DNA of 63,556 bases, filler included, from Octopus bimaculoides (lineage: Eukaryota): assembly GCF_001194135.2 (NCBI RefSeq). It is 6 parts of 6 records of this genome, joined end to end, with 100 filler letters (N's around TTAATTAATTAA, not from the genome) between each part and the next. Parts side by side here need not be neighbours in the genome. Positions count along the whole stretch, not along the records: positions 1 to 26,543 come from NC_068983.1; 5 more parts are not named here. One strand, given 5' to 3'. Made by a program: the position numbers and the translations under genes. Under the pieces are notes generated by a model. The model worked only from the letters and a program-made list of their open reading frames with translations, ran no database searches and was not told the DNA's origin. How positions within the stretch are numbered: the first letter of the stretch is position 1; every line of letters starts with the position of its first letter. This document shows positions 1 through 13,339 of this stretch, in pieces.

Positions 1-320
1 AACACATTTAAATAAGGAAATTCATCACCCCACTGAGAAAAAGGAAAAACTATAGAACAAAACCATGGTAAATTAATCAAATTCTACCACCTCCTAGATT
101 TCAATTATCTCCCCTATACCGGAAGAAATCCCTAATTACCTCCCCCTATCTAGAACTCTTTTTTTCAGACTGGAGCGAACACGTTACAATGAAGTAGAGA
201 AATTTGAAAAGACAACACGAAACCGGTTATTTCTCAAAATACAATGTTTATATACCAAAAAGATTTTATAACATTTTTCTAACATTTTTCTGACATAATT
301 TAAATATATACTTTAACCAT
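1..320 (+). mobile_element. Decayed Penelope-like element 3' end with a decayed hammerhead
   Basis: Frame 3 reads RKFITPLRKRKNYRTKPW*INQILPPPRFQLSPLY, loosely like a PLE GIY-YIG C-terminus. It is followed by a hammerhead-like fold at 197-235 and an AT-rich tail. Confidence 0.4.
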
Positions 321-324
321 GTAA

Positions 325-748
325 CACAAACGTTGGAGTCAACAAGAAGGGGTGCGGTTGGACAGTTATTTTTTAATCACTACAATTGTGTCCACGCAAC
401 ATAGTTCTCTAAGTGTGTAGGTACTTGATTATGGCACTATTTCCCTGCATTATGAGATCAAGTTGAGTTTCCTCAGACGATATGTAAATATTGTCTATGT
501 AAGTTTAAAGTCCTCGGGCTGAAGGTCACGACAAGCAGAGAGGATGTCCTCGATGCCGAGGATCTTGAACTTACGGAGACAAAATTTACATATCGCCTGA
601 GGAAGCACAACTAGATCACATAAGGTAGGTAAATAGTTTCATAATTTAGTAACTGCATACCTGGAGAACAATGTTGCAAGTGAACAATTGTAGTAATTAA
701 CATATACATGTCCAGCCATATCCATTCTTATTGACTCCAAATGTTTCT
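325..748. repeat. Long imperfect inverted repeat (arms ~325-519 and ~555-748, spacer ~35 nt)
   Basis: The reverse complement of 325-519 aligns almost ungapped to 555-748 (e.g. tttacatatcgtctgaggaaactcaacttgatctcata vs tttacatatcgcctgaggaagcacaactagatcacata). My hand count gave about 40 mismatches in 183 columns. Confidence 0.9.
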
Positions 749-1067
749 GTGATCTATTCACACACGACAGATGCCCATACACAAACCGAGAATTATGTGT
801 AGTACTGTTACTGAATAGCACAGGGCAAATCTGAAGGTGGATGAGTTTTATACTGTACTCTAACTACGTTCTTAAAGAAATGTATATCTTTCCTTCATAT
901 ATACCCATACCTATTTTCCATTTTTTTAGGAGCAGGTATCCACAATAAGACACACACCAGGCATTCCATTCATCTCCCGGCTGTAGTTTTTTCACTCTTA
1001 TTATCTTTTATACATCCAACCACGTTCTTTCACATGCCAACTTTCTCACCTATATATATATATATAT

Positions 1068-1345
1068 GATGTTTTGTTATCCAGAAGATCCAATAGGCAG
1101 GTAAGGCTGTGTAAGTGCTGTTAAGCTCCTGGTTCAACTATAGCACGAGTGAGGAGTCTAAGGCTAGTCATGTGTGAGCATGTATATATTAAATAAAATA
1201 AGATAACAAGGGCAAGTCAATTTGATATTCCTATGACATTTATAAGTAAAAAAGTGGTCTTACAGCTGTTTCAGGGAAATAAATGATGTCCCATCATCAG
1301 AGACGCGTTAAAAGAGCTTTAATAGAAGGGTTAAAAGAGCTACAA
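1068..1345 (-). mobile_element. Penelope-like pseudo-LTR fragment next to (TA)n
   Basis: Contains an intact minimal hammerhead and ends at the (TA)n tract at ~1051-1067. Confidence 0.55.
1257..1304 (-). ncRNA. Minimal type I hammerhead ribozyme
   Basis: Minus strand reads GTCT-CTGATGA-T-GGGA-catcatttatt-TCCC-T-GAA-ACAGCTGT-A-AGAC: stem I GTCT/AGAC, conserved core, stem II GGGA/TCCC, palindromic stem III ACAGCTGT, GUA cleavage triplet. Confidence 0.85.
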
Positions 1346-1351
1346 TTCTAT

Positions 1352-1461
1352 TGGCTATGTGGTAAGTAGCTTGCTTACCAACCACATGGTTCCGGGTTCA
1401 GTCCCACTCCGTGGCATCTTGGGCAAGTGTCTTCTACTATAGCCTCGGGCCGACCAAAGCC
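1352..1461 (+). mobile_element. tRNA-derived SINE family A (octopus OK-like), 5' fragment
   Basis: tggctatgtggtaagtagcttgcttaccaaccacatggttccgggttcagtcccact has A-box and B-box-like motifs and matches the full copies at 1918 and 35182. Confidence 0.85.
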
Positions 1462-1465
1462 TCTT

Positions 1466-1504
<39 letters not shown>

Positions 1505-1917
1505 TTTTCTCGCATTTGTTTACATCTTTCACTTTCTCATGGTAACCTTTCTATAAAAGTATATTTCTCACATTGTTTGTGTGTGTGTGCGTGCGTGCGC
1601 GCGCGAGTGTGTGTGTGTGTTTTCGTTAACATGTTTATATGTGTAAAGAGTTCCCTTGGGGTGACAGAGTGATTTAAAAAACGTTATGTAAAAGAGTTCA
1701 TTTTAGTAGCATACTTTTCTCTCAGTAAATATGTATTTCCTTACACACACACATACGAACTCGCTTGATGCAAGTTGGGGGTTAAATATCCAAGTAACAA
1801 ATCTTTTTGTGGTATTGTTGTTGCTTTTATCCAACAATGGACCTGCGCATCATCGTTCTATAAAATGTTGTTTATGGTTAAAATAATATTTAAAAACATC
1901 AATATATGTTTATAAAA

Positions 1918-2338
1918 GGCGCAGGCGTGGTTGTGTGGTAAGTAGCTTGCTAACCAACCACATGGTTCTGGGTTCAGTCCCACTGCGTGGCACCTTAGAC
2001 AAGTGTCTTCTACTATAGTCTCGGGCCGACCAAAGCCTTGTGAGGGGATTTGGTAGACGGAAACTGAAAGAAGCCTGTCGTATATATGTATATATATATA
2101 TATATGTATTTGTGTATGTGTTTGTATGTCTGTGTTTGTCCCCCCAACATCGCTTGACAACCGATGCTGGTGTGTTTATGTCCCCGTAACTTAGCGGTTC
2201 GGCAAAAGAGACCGATATAATAAGTACTAGGCTTACAAAGAATAAGTCCTGGGGTCAATTTTCTCGACTAAAGGCGGTGCTCCAGCATGCCCACAGTCAA
2301 AAGCCTGAAACAAGTAAAAGAAAAAAGAGTAAAAGAGT
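1918..2338 (+). mobile_element. SINE family A, full-length copy
   Basis: tRNA-like head, body ...gggccgaccaaagccttgtgag...gacggaaactgaaagaagcc, internal TA/TG tract, tail ...ggcggtgctccagcatg...aaaagagtaaaagagta. Collinear with 35182-35601. Confidence 0.9.
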
Positions 2339-2345
2339 ATGTATA

Positions 2346-2912
2346 TTGGGTCATCTCATAAATAGTACGCTTTTTTTAAAAAATTGTATGGACTAAAAAT
2401 CGGATTGGGACGGGGTAAGCTACCTGCATCAACTTGCTATAAAAGCAGGTAGTATTTTTACTTTGTCCTTATTCTTAGTGCAAGATTCTGAAGAGTGTAG
2501 TTCGATTTTAACAGTTATTTTTCGAAGCTATAATGGAAGTGGCAAATGAGCTTATTTAGCATATTTTTCATTATGAGTTCATTAAAGGCAACAACGCAAT
2601 AGAAAGTGCGAGGAATATTAATGAAGTAAATGGGGATCGGACAATAAGCGTAAGCGAGTATCAACGGTGGTTCTAGAAATTTCGAGTAGGAAACTACGGC
2701 CTAGAAGACAATCCTCCTCCTTGAAGATCTGTAGAGCTCGACGAGGACGCCCTGAAAAACCCTGGTGGAACAACATCGCATTGTAACTGTTGAGAACTAG
2801 AACAGAAGCTTGGATTTGGTCATTCAACCATTCACCGACACCTGCGGTCATCGGAAAAGTAAGCAAATAGGGTCAATGGGTTTCTCACAAACTTACCGTG
2901 TCTAATCGCGTC
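2346..2912 (+). mobile_element. Mariner transposon, 5' half (decayed transposase N-terminus)
   Basis: Starts TA-TTGGGTC. Translates MEVANELI*HIFHYEFIKGNNAIESARNINEVNGDRTIS...QRWF*KFRVGNYGLED...KLGFGHSTIHRHL...GQWVSHKL (WVPHxL-like motif). Confidence 0.85.
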
Positions 2913-2944
2913 ACCGATGTTATCTAAGGGAAAGTCAGAGGCCG

Positions 2945-3103
2945 ATAGAGCTTGACACCAGTGACGTCGCAACTCATTTCTACAGCGGTGTAACGTGAAA
3001 TAAAGTGTCTTGCTCAAGAACACAACACACACCTCAGTCTTGGAATCAAACTCACTACGTCATGATTGTGATTCCGACGGTCTAACCACTGAGGTATGTG
3101 TCT
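2945..3103 (-). mobile_element. tRNA-derived SINE family C fragment
   Basis: Shares aagtgtcttgctcaagaacacaac and a tRNA-like head with 43640-43835 and 51930-52120. Confidence 0.7.
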
Positions 3104-3109
3104 TATATA

Positions 3110-4341
3110 TATGTTATTGAAGATAGGGATGATAATCAACTAGGTCAAATCTACAATCATGCACAGCAGCTTATGAAACCAATGACCTGTGTGCCGAATG
3201 AAAGAAGACTCCTTTCGCAAGTTTTCCAGGGTGTTTCGTAATAACATTAATCACTGTCTCAGCAAGTTAGTATAGTACTATACATTTATGTTGTAGTGCT
3301 TTTGAAATTACTCAACAGACATTACATTTTTTGCACTCTAAAAGACAGTCCTTCATCTTACCTTTTTTTCTACTCTAGGTACAAGGCCCAAAATTTTTCG
3401 GGGAGGAGGCCAGTCGATTAGATCGACACCAGTATTCAACTGATACTTAATTCACCGACCCAGAAAGGATGAAAGGCAAAGTCGACCTTGGCGGAATTTG
3501 AACTCAGAACGTAAAGGCAGACGAAATACCGCTAAGAATTTCGCCCGACGTGATAACGTTTCTGCCAGCTCACCGCCTTAGACCGTAACCTTACCTGCAG
3601 AAGAAACGACCTTCGTTTTCTTTGCAGTAAGTGGGGAGGAGTGGTTCCTCTGCATGAATTTTCTCATTGTCTCTCATTCAAGTGATAAAACCAACATTTA
3701 TCCTAGGTTAGGAAACCAGCTGGATATGCTTCAAACAATGCCAAGTTTCCGGTGATGTGATGAGTCTGGTGTGATTTTGATCAGGTGTCACAGGACGTGG
3801 TACCCACGGAGCTGAAACCTTAGTCATGCCAAGATTTTTGTGCAGAATATTTTCAGCTATTTCAGGGGATATGCTAATGGTATTGGCTATTTTGTTTATG
3901 GGCAATCGCCTGTCATTCATCAGCATGTGGTGAACACAATCAATATTTTCCTCGGCAGTGGCAGTTTCAGGAAGACCACACCTTGGGTCATTTTCAAAAC
4001 TCTCCGTTCTCGTCCTAAATTCAGTTGCTCACATTTGTACAGTTGATAAAGCTGGAAAGTCATCCCCTAATGTAGCAACCATGTCAGTATGAATGTCCTT
4101 GGGGGCTAACCCCACATTTGCAGATACTAGGTAACACCACGATGCTAAATTTTGTCCATTTTGAAAAGAAGTCGCTATTAGTTACATTTGAAGTTTTCTT
4201 CGAACATTCAGATTGCAGTTTACCTGAAATGAAGCAAGATAGTTATTGATAAGATGAGTTGAATTTAATGCATGCACGATTTCACTGCTCAAGAATTACT
4301 CCTTCAACGTCAGCTTATGAACTCTTCTGCCAACTCTCGTA
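3110..4341 (-). mobile_element. Mariner transposon (decayed, near-complete transposase) interrupted by a SINE
   Basis: TIR-like start TA-CGAGAGTTGG at ~4341. Reads MDKI..RGV..., LMNDRRLPINKIANTISIS...LGMTKVSAPWVPR, ...AKKTKVVSSAGK, then after the SINE ...KHPGKLAKGVFFH..AHRSLVS..AVHDCRFDLVDYHPY. Confidence 0.85.
3363..3580 (-). mobile_element. tRNA-derived SINE family B inserted in the mariner
   Basis: Minus strand taaggcggtgagctggcagaaacgtta...ctgagttcaaattccgccaaggtcgactttgcctttcatcctttc...A-rich tail. cttacc is duplicated at 3357-3362 and 3590-3595. Confidence 0.85.
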
Positions 4342-4349
4342 TATACGCG

Positions 4350-4490
4350 CATGTATTCCGCCGAGGTCGACTGCACCAATGCTCTTTTCTGGGTCGGTAA
4401 AATAGGTAGCAGTTGAGTATTGGGTTCCGTATAATCGACTTACAATTTACCCCGAAGTTGCTGGCCTTGCGCCAAAATTTGAGAGCACTT
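4350..4490 (+). mobile_element. SINE family B fragment
   Basis: ttccgccgaggtcgac...gggtcggtaaaataggtagcagttg...ttgctggccttgcgccaaaatttga, similar to 40838-40990. Confidence 0.7.
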
Positions 4491-5192
4491 TATATCTGCA
4501 CATTAAATTTTATCGTGACATAAGTATGGCACAAACACCATTTTCTGAAGAAATCTATGGATGCAGATGCAAATCGCACCGTGTATTTTAGGTATGTGTA
4601 TTCGACCACAATATGTTATCGGAATTGATATGCACGGATTTATATCACTATTTTTGGTTTTCAAGCAGTGTATCCAAAAAGCCACGCTTAACATGCAAAG
4701 CGTGATGGGGTTAACTTTTTAGTCAATAAAAATCCGTCTTCGGAACAGCTAATATTGGGATTCGAGTACTACTCACAATCTAATTGATACACCACACACA
4801 AACGCGAGGGAACACACACACGCAGACCCCCCCCCCCCACATATATATATATTCACACATGCACAAACATATACACAATACACAGGCAAATACATGGTAA
4901 TATACGGATCATGATAATATTATGAACTATTTCCTGTTTTTACTCTTCTACAAAAATATGTCTATATTTCATACCTGTAATGGATGAGGCCTTACTATTG
5001 TGGCATCATGTGTTTCCAGAAAGGTTTTGTAAGTGAATAAGCAAAGGGTATACATTTGCACAAACACAAACACAATGAAACTCAGAGGCAGATGTATACA
5101 AACATATGCACATATAGATATATAAATTATCCTTTTCACAAAACATGGGAACATGAGCCAGTCTCTCTATACACGCGCACACGTGAATATAT

Positions 5193-6076
5193 NNNNNNNN
5201 NNNNNNNNNNNNNNNNNNNNNNNNNNNNNNNNNNNNNNNNNNNNNNNNNNNNNNNNNNNNNNNNNNNNNNNNNNNNNNNNNNNNNNNNNNNNNNNNNNNN
5301 NNNNNNNNNNNNNNNNNNNNNNNNNNNNNNNNNNNNNNNNNNNNNNNNNNNNNNNNNNNNNNNNNNNNNNNNNNNNNNNNNNNNNNNNNNNNNNNNNNNN
5401 NNNNNNNNNNNNNNNNNNNNNNNNNNNNNNNNNNNNNNNNNNNNNNNNNNNNNNNNNNNNNNNNNNNNNNNNNNNNNNNNNNNNNNNNNNNNNNNNNNNN
5501 NNNNNNNNNNNNNNNNNNNNNNNNNNNNNNNNNNNNNNNNNNNNNNNNNNNNNNNNNNNNNNNNNNNNNNNNNNNNNNNNNNNNNNNNNNNNNNNNNNNN
5601 NNNNNNNNNNNNNNNNNNNNNNNNNNNNNNNNNNNNNNNNNNNNNNNNNNNNNNNNNNNNNNNNNNNNNNNNNNNNNNNNNNNNNNNNNNNNNNNNNNNN
5701 NNNNNNNNNNNNNNNNNNNNNNNNNNNNNNNNNNNNNNNNNNNNNNNNNNNNNNNNNNNNNNNNNNNNNNNNNNNNNNNNNNNNNNNNNNNNNNNNNNNN
5801 NNNNNNNNNNNNNNNNNNNNNNNNNNNNNNNNNNNNNNNNNNNNNNNNNNNNNNNNNNNNNNNNNNNNNNNNNNNNNNNNNNNNNNNNNNNNNNNNNNNN
5901 NNNNNNNNNNNNNNNNNNNNNNNNNNNNNNNNNNNNNNNNNNNNNNNNNNNNNNNNNNNNNNNNNNNNNNNNNNNNNNNNNNNNNNNNNNNNNNNNNNNN
6001 NNNNNNNNNNNNNNNNNNNNNNNNNNNNNNNNNNNNNNNNNNNNNNNNNNNNNNNNNNNNNNNNNNNNNNNNNNNN
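5193..6076. other. Assembly gap (N-run), one of many
   Basis: N-run. Other large gaps start near 12366, 25017, 28316, 36362, 42044, 50156 and 60740. Most are flanked by microsatellites. Confidence 0.99.
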
Positions 6077-9000
6077 ATATATACATATATATATATGTAT
6101 GTGTGCGTGTGTGTGTGCGTGTGTGTGCGGCTTTGCGTGCATATATCATCAGCGACACGCATAACGAAGCACAGATATGCACAAGCCTACACTTGAACAC
6201 AAACATATACTTTCATTGAAATGACACTTGCTGAACGCTAGAACAAAACTGAAAAAGCTATACACCGAGAATAAATTATACCCAATTGGATTTTCTTTGA
6301 CAGAAAATGGAATTGCATATTTACATTTCATGTTATCACATATTGGCTGTAGGGAAGATTTCTGTATTATAAAGAAATCATTAGGTTTCTTTGACTAAAT
6401 AAACACACCCTTTATATGTAATTATCCTCGTTGATTACATCGTAGTTAACGTTATTTTATTTTCTAGAATTCTTTGTAATGCACTTGTTGCTGCATGCAT
6501 GTGTATGCTAGCTTTTACACGGTAATTGATAGTTGTACATGGACTAAAATATGTTGCATATCATCAAAATTGTGTGTTTGTATCAACGATAACTGGGTGA
6601 GAACAGTTTAGATTCTTTCTTCTTCATTTTCTTTTGGTGGTGCTTTGAATTACACAGCTAAGCAAAAGAACTTTCTTTTGCCTTGAAAACAGACGGAGTA
6701 AAAAGGAATATACACTTTTTATATCTCCCGACTCGGAATCTGAATAAGTGAGTGCCTTAAGTGAAGGAGAGTTCATATAATACACACACGGGTCAACTGT
6801 TTATATGCTATTGTCTAAGAGCATGTACAATATATGCTACAGGTGTAGGCTTGTAAAAAATGTCCGAGCCAACTGAAGCTGATGTAGAAACAAAGTTGTA
6901 CAACGCGTAACTCCTTTGGGTTATGTAGTTTGTTGTCATTTCCTTATACTTAACAAGATAAGTATTTGTTTTAGCGGAGACTAAGGTAGAAGAGACAATA
7001 TGATCATGTATCATCCTAGATGTCTATTAGATGAGGAGTAAACCTGAGTAAATCAAAATATTAATAAACAAGTTGGTCCGAACTGGATGGCGTGATTGAA
7101 TGCTAAATATTAGAGATATAAAAGAGTTTGAATTAAGTTCAAATAGCTGAAAGTTAACAATATACTTAGTGATGACATACTCAATTTGTATTAATGATTA
7201 ATACTGAGCTATAAGTACTATGCACATATTGCTCAAAAGCTAGTTAGATTGACTACATTTGTCTACCACTAGCTGTAGTCAGTCACATATATTCTGCTGT
7301 CTAAGAAAACCTAAACTCCTATGAAAACTGCACCCCTTCCTCGTTTAGAGGCATCCCGGACTAAATACAAGTAAATATGTCTGTGCATACATGCATACAT
7401 ATATACATACACACATATCTCCCTCTCTATCTCTCTNNNNNNNNNNATATATACAGGCTGCAGTGAATAAACTGTCATCTACATTACGAAAAAATGAAAA
7501 TAACATTGGCATCGCATTTTAACAGGACGTGATTTTTTAACTTCTGCTTAAACTAAGCAGCACTCATGATAAGCTTGTGTAATTTTCGTCTCTGAAATAT
7601 TCTTAAGTCTGGAGAATTTTGTTGTGGGTGTAATTTGGAATATGGATAGCTCTAATAAACACTGATAGCTCTTAATAAATGATTGCTTATTTCTATGTAT
7701 TTTATTATGTATTTTTCTATTAAATATTCTTTTTATCAATACCTGAAATTATGGCATGTTTTTACAAATATTTAATGCGTTGCTTATGCTTTATAATGAT
7801 GTTTCCATCTCGAAGGTAGAAAATTTGTTTCCACGCGTTTTTGAAATACACCTGTATTTCGTTATGGCTGTATGAACGCCTCTTCATTGCAAATAATGGA
7901 ACTTTATTATTATCACTATTACTATTATTATTATTATTATTATTAGCAGTAGTAGTGGTATTAATATTATTAGTAGTATATTTTCTGTTGTTGCTGTTGC
8001 TGTTATTATCATCATTATTCTTGTTATTGTTGTTGTTGTTGTTTGAATTTTGCTTAGTTTCAGTTATATTTGACATCTGTTCTGCCATTTCAATAAAGCT
8101 TTCGTGGATAGAATATCAATGTAGAAGAAAGTAATTTAATCAATCAATTAATCATGTTAAGGTTAAAATGAAATTCCAAATGTAGGTGGAACTCTTTTAT
8201 TGTTTGGCAGTTGAGGTAATCAGCTCTGGGATATTCTGTCTATTTGTTTTAGCAGTAATTCTATTAATTTGGACTTTCTGACATCGCTGTCAGTTAAATG
8301 GAACTAATTTCACTGCAACCACCACTGTTCTTGTCTAGCATCACGATACAACAGGATTTTCTTTTATAATTCTTAAAACAAACTACCTCCACCGATATCA
8401 TTACCTGTATTCCCACAATCAGCAACACTTAGTGAATCAACAAGGCAGGCACTACACAGTCTTTCAAACTGCTAGAAATAGCAACCAAATCTACATAAAA
8501 TCCAACCTTACTATTTTAAAGAAGGCAGAACATTCGGGATAATGTGTTCTTCGTATCACCTGGAAATACGGTAGAATTGTTATCAGTAACGTATCTGCAA
8601 ATTTAGTTCAAATGACACGAAGACTCAACAATGAAATGTTGCAGGTTTTGAATATGGCACCATAAATAATAGTAATTTTAATTCAACTACAGGAACTATT
8701 ATCACTATTACAAACACTGTCATTGCTATAATTATCATGAATTATCAGTAATGCAAGCTCTGAATTGCTATCACTGGCAAATATATTGCCTTAGTGCGTT
8801 ACATAGTGACTATTAATTCGAACACGGTTAACTATCAACGAGACAAGAATAGAACATCTACGTAGTAGAATCAATTGAAAGTGATGGCAGACATATTTCT
8901 GATAAAGACATACATTACATTCTTAAAAATGAATGTTTGAAAATATCAATGCTACAATACAACAGTAGATGAAGACCAAAGCAAAGTTGCTCATATAATT

Positions 9001-9606
9001 ATACATTGCACATATACATTCATATTCATTACGCTGATTATTAAATTCGCACACGCACACACACACAAACACATACACAAACACACACACACATACACAA
9101 ATACACACACATACACACACATACACACACACACACACACACAAGAACACACACGCGTACACACACAAACACATAAATATATCTATGTATATATATATTG
9201 GTGCTCTTGAAGCATATTCAGGCGAAGATTGTGACCAACAAACTCCAAGTTTACAAATCTAAACTGAAATGACAAAACTAAAAACGAACAAAATCTTCCT
9301 AATTTTTCCTTTGTTATACGCCAGCTCATTCTCTATACAGATAAATTAAGTAATTAAGTAAAAAAATAACAAACAAAACAAAATACATGCAAAGTGTCTA
9401 CATAGATGTATACACACGTTGAATTATCATATAGTCTCATATAGTCAGTGTACTTATTGATAATTAGTGAATGTGTGTAAGCACATTATTGTATACATGT
9501 GTACGTATGAATGTGTGCATGTCTGTCTGGAACAACATGTATGTGTAAGTGCGTGTGTGTACATGCATGCATACATATATACATACATATATATTCATAC
9601 ATACAT

Positions 9607-9641
<35 letters not shown>

Positions 9642-9689
9642 TATATACATATGTATGTATGTATGTATGTATGTATTGGCATTTGTGTA

Positions 9690-10260
9690 TGCGAGCATGA
9701 CAGATGTATGCTAGTGTGGTGGCAACAGCGTTGCTGAGGGAATATTGCGTTCGATTGAGGTTTGGAGGTTCTGCGGGATAAGTTTTGTTGTGTTATTGGA
9801 GAGCGGAAGAGCGTACATACAGAGATGCATGTATGTGTCACATACATGGAGATAGACGTGGGTGATTAGAAGGGATTCATAAGGTTAGAAGGTTAGCTTG
9901 TCGTCTGCATAGGCCTCGGTGATTAGGAACACCGTCCTTAGTTGCAGGGCAGCCAGTTTTGAGGTACAATCAAGGTTAAGATAGTACATCTGTGTTGTCG
10001 GAGGCCATTAGCGTGAAAGACTCCGGGAGAACATATCGCTGAGAGCAGCAGAAAGATAGTTCATATATCCTGCTGATAGACACAGCAGGTAGGTGGACAA
10101 AATGCAGTTTTTCGTGGGGACAGTGCTGGCAGTTGCGGGCGCAGACACCCACACACTCCCATACAATGCACACGCAGCTGACGTACAGAACTGATACATA
10201 CCCCACATAATCGTGCATCGGGTACTCACGCATGGCTGATATGAAACCAAACCCATACGC
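9690..10260 (-). mobile_element. Highly decayed LINE reverse transcriptase fragment
   Basis: Minus strand gives ...SQRYVLPESFTL... (QGxxLSP-like) and gaggcctatgcagacgac = EAYADD. Confidence 0.4.
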
Positions 10261-10780
10261 ATACACACCCTATCATACACACATATAGGCCTCAACGAAC
10301 TGATACCATCACATATTGTTAAATTTTATTTTTTCTCATTTATTCAAGTATTCTAATTTTGTTTTATTCCATTGTTATATTTAATTTCTGATTTATTTGA
10401 AACACCTAAGTATATATTTAGTTCATTCATTAATATTCAAATATTTTTATTCAATTTTATTTAACGTTGCGTTTATGTTATTATTTTTGTATGTGTCTCA
10501 CACTTGTGAATATCTTCCAGTTTTTATTGCAAATATTACACATGTATGTGTTCTTTTCGCACTGATGAATTTCACCCAATTATTGATGTGAACGTTAGAA
10601 TGGCGCATGTGTAATGATGTATACATGTATATCTTGCGATATAAAATTCCCTCCAAGGTGAAACCATATATCTCAGTGGGACATTGAACCATCTACCTGA
10701 ATAAATTTCTTAACAATTTATCAATATGTATAAATATTTATTTATATATCTATCTGTCTATACATCTATATGTATCTCAC

Positions 10781-10844
<64 letters not shown>

Positions 10845-10942
10845 TAAATAGATAGATTGAGACATACAGGTAAGCAAACACGTGCTCGCACTCACACACG
10901 CATACTCTCACTGACACACACACACACTCACACAAACACACG

Positions 10943-10993
<51 letters not shown>

Positions 10994-11556
10994 GCATCAT
11001 CAAACACATCCATATCCATCATGCTGCTTCTCCGACCAGCGAACTACTTACAAGAATGATAGAAAAATATAACAAACATATTCATTCCCTGGAAGAACAA
11101 AAATTCATACGAAACAAAAATCGTAAATTTTTCTTCAATGCATTGCTTTAATGCAGTTCATACGAGTACATTAGAATGGTTTCATTCCTGTTACTTTCAT
11201 TATTTTTCCATATTTTTTGTTTTGTTTCTGTTATTATGCGTTTCTTTTTCTTTTTTTTCTTTTAATTTTCATTTTGATGTTTCACTTTTTACTTGTAGCC
11301 ATTATCATTTTCTCTGTTTCTGAACAAATTATCTTCATAGCTTGAATTAGAATATATATCTTGCTCGTAGCAATAAATACCTATAAAAAATCTCCTAAAC
11401 ATGACGGAGGAAAAGGAAAAATAAAAACTTAGAAGGGACTAATTTACTGTGCTACAAAATAAATCTAGCATATTCTTAAAGTACAAGAGTAATGCTACCA
11501 GCATCATTGAAATAATATTGAACAGCAAAACCTACCTTAGCTTTAGAATAACGATA

Positions 11557-12344
<788 letters not shown>

Positions 12345-13339
12345 TATATATATATATATATATATNNNNNNNNNNNNNNNNNNNNNNNNNNNNNNNNNNN
12401 NNNNNNNNNNNNNNNNNNNNNNNNNNNNNNNNNNNNNNNNNNNNNNNNNNNNNNNNNNNNNNNNNNNNNNNNNNNNNNNNNNNNNNNNNNNNNNNNNNNN
12501 NNNNNNNNNNNNNNNNNNNNNATATACATATATATATATTTCGATCAGTAATCAAAAATAGAACAAGGTGAATTGGTTCTTTTCAAGGCAAAAGTCAATC
12601 CTCTCATTGGTCGCTAGTAGTAGTAAACATATTTAACCTCTGCTGACGCCAAGGGTGTGAGGCCCATTTTGTCTTCTTCTCGCACAGGGATGCTCATTTC
12701 TGATCTCCTCACCATCTACCGAATCTATTTACAGACCTGTAAAAGTTGGTCTATTCACAAAGCTGCTTCTCTTCCTCCTAATATTCCCTTCAACCCTCAC
12801 ATATTTATGATTATCTCAAGTACAAGACAAAAGTCGAAACTAAGCAACATTTAATAATACGACACAATAGATGTAGTAGCAAAGGTAGCAGATTTAAATA
12901 CATAATGTATCTACTGTCAACATGGCTAGAAATGTTAGCCACAAGTATACAGATCAAGGCACATACGGTGGTAACTAACGATGAGCAATGCTGTAATAGC
13001 AAGGTTAATGTAACTGTTAAAAAATGTTAATTGTGGAGTCGACAATATTGGCAGAAACAACAACCGTCTCTAAATCTGTCACAATACTGGGCTGAAGACT
13101 AATAATTTTGATGTAGCACAAAGATGTCTAATGAAACACAAAGGCAAACTACAACAATATACCAAATCGCTCGTCCTATGGTTAATCTGGAAGCGCATCC
13201 CCCAGGAGAGAGCCAACCTGGGGTTGAAATGTCATCCACTGGCACAGAATCGTCTCTGAATATGAACCTAGATGGTCACTTGAACGGGAACTGCTTCAAT
13301 TAGAGCTCTCCAAGTCCACTGCCACACCCACCACAGAAA

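Noticed and set aside
4500-5160. Splice-donor-like sites (TAG|GTATGT near 4590; CAG|GTATGA on the minus strand near 4975)
   Set aside because: No convincing acceptor with an open, recognisable frame.
10550-10610. CTGATGA...GTGAACGTTAG hammerhead-like string
   Set aside because: GAAA is incomplete and stem I cannot be formed; at best a decayed remnant.
11030-11340. ELLTRMIEKYNKHIHSLEEQKFIRNKNRK followed by a T-rich tract
   Set aside because: Might be a Penelope-related remnant but is too weak to call.
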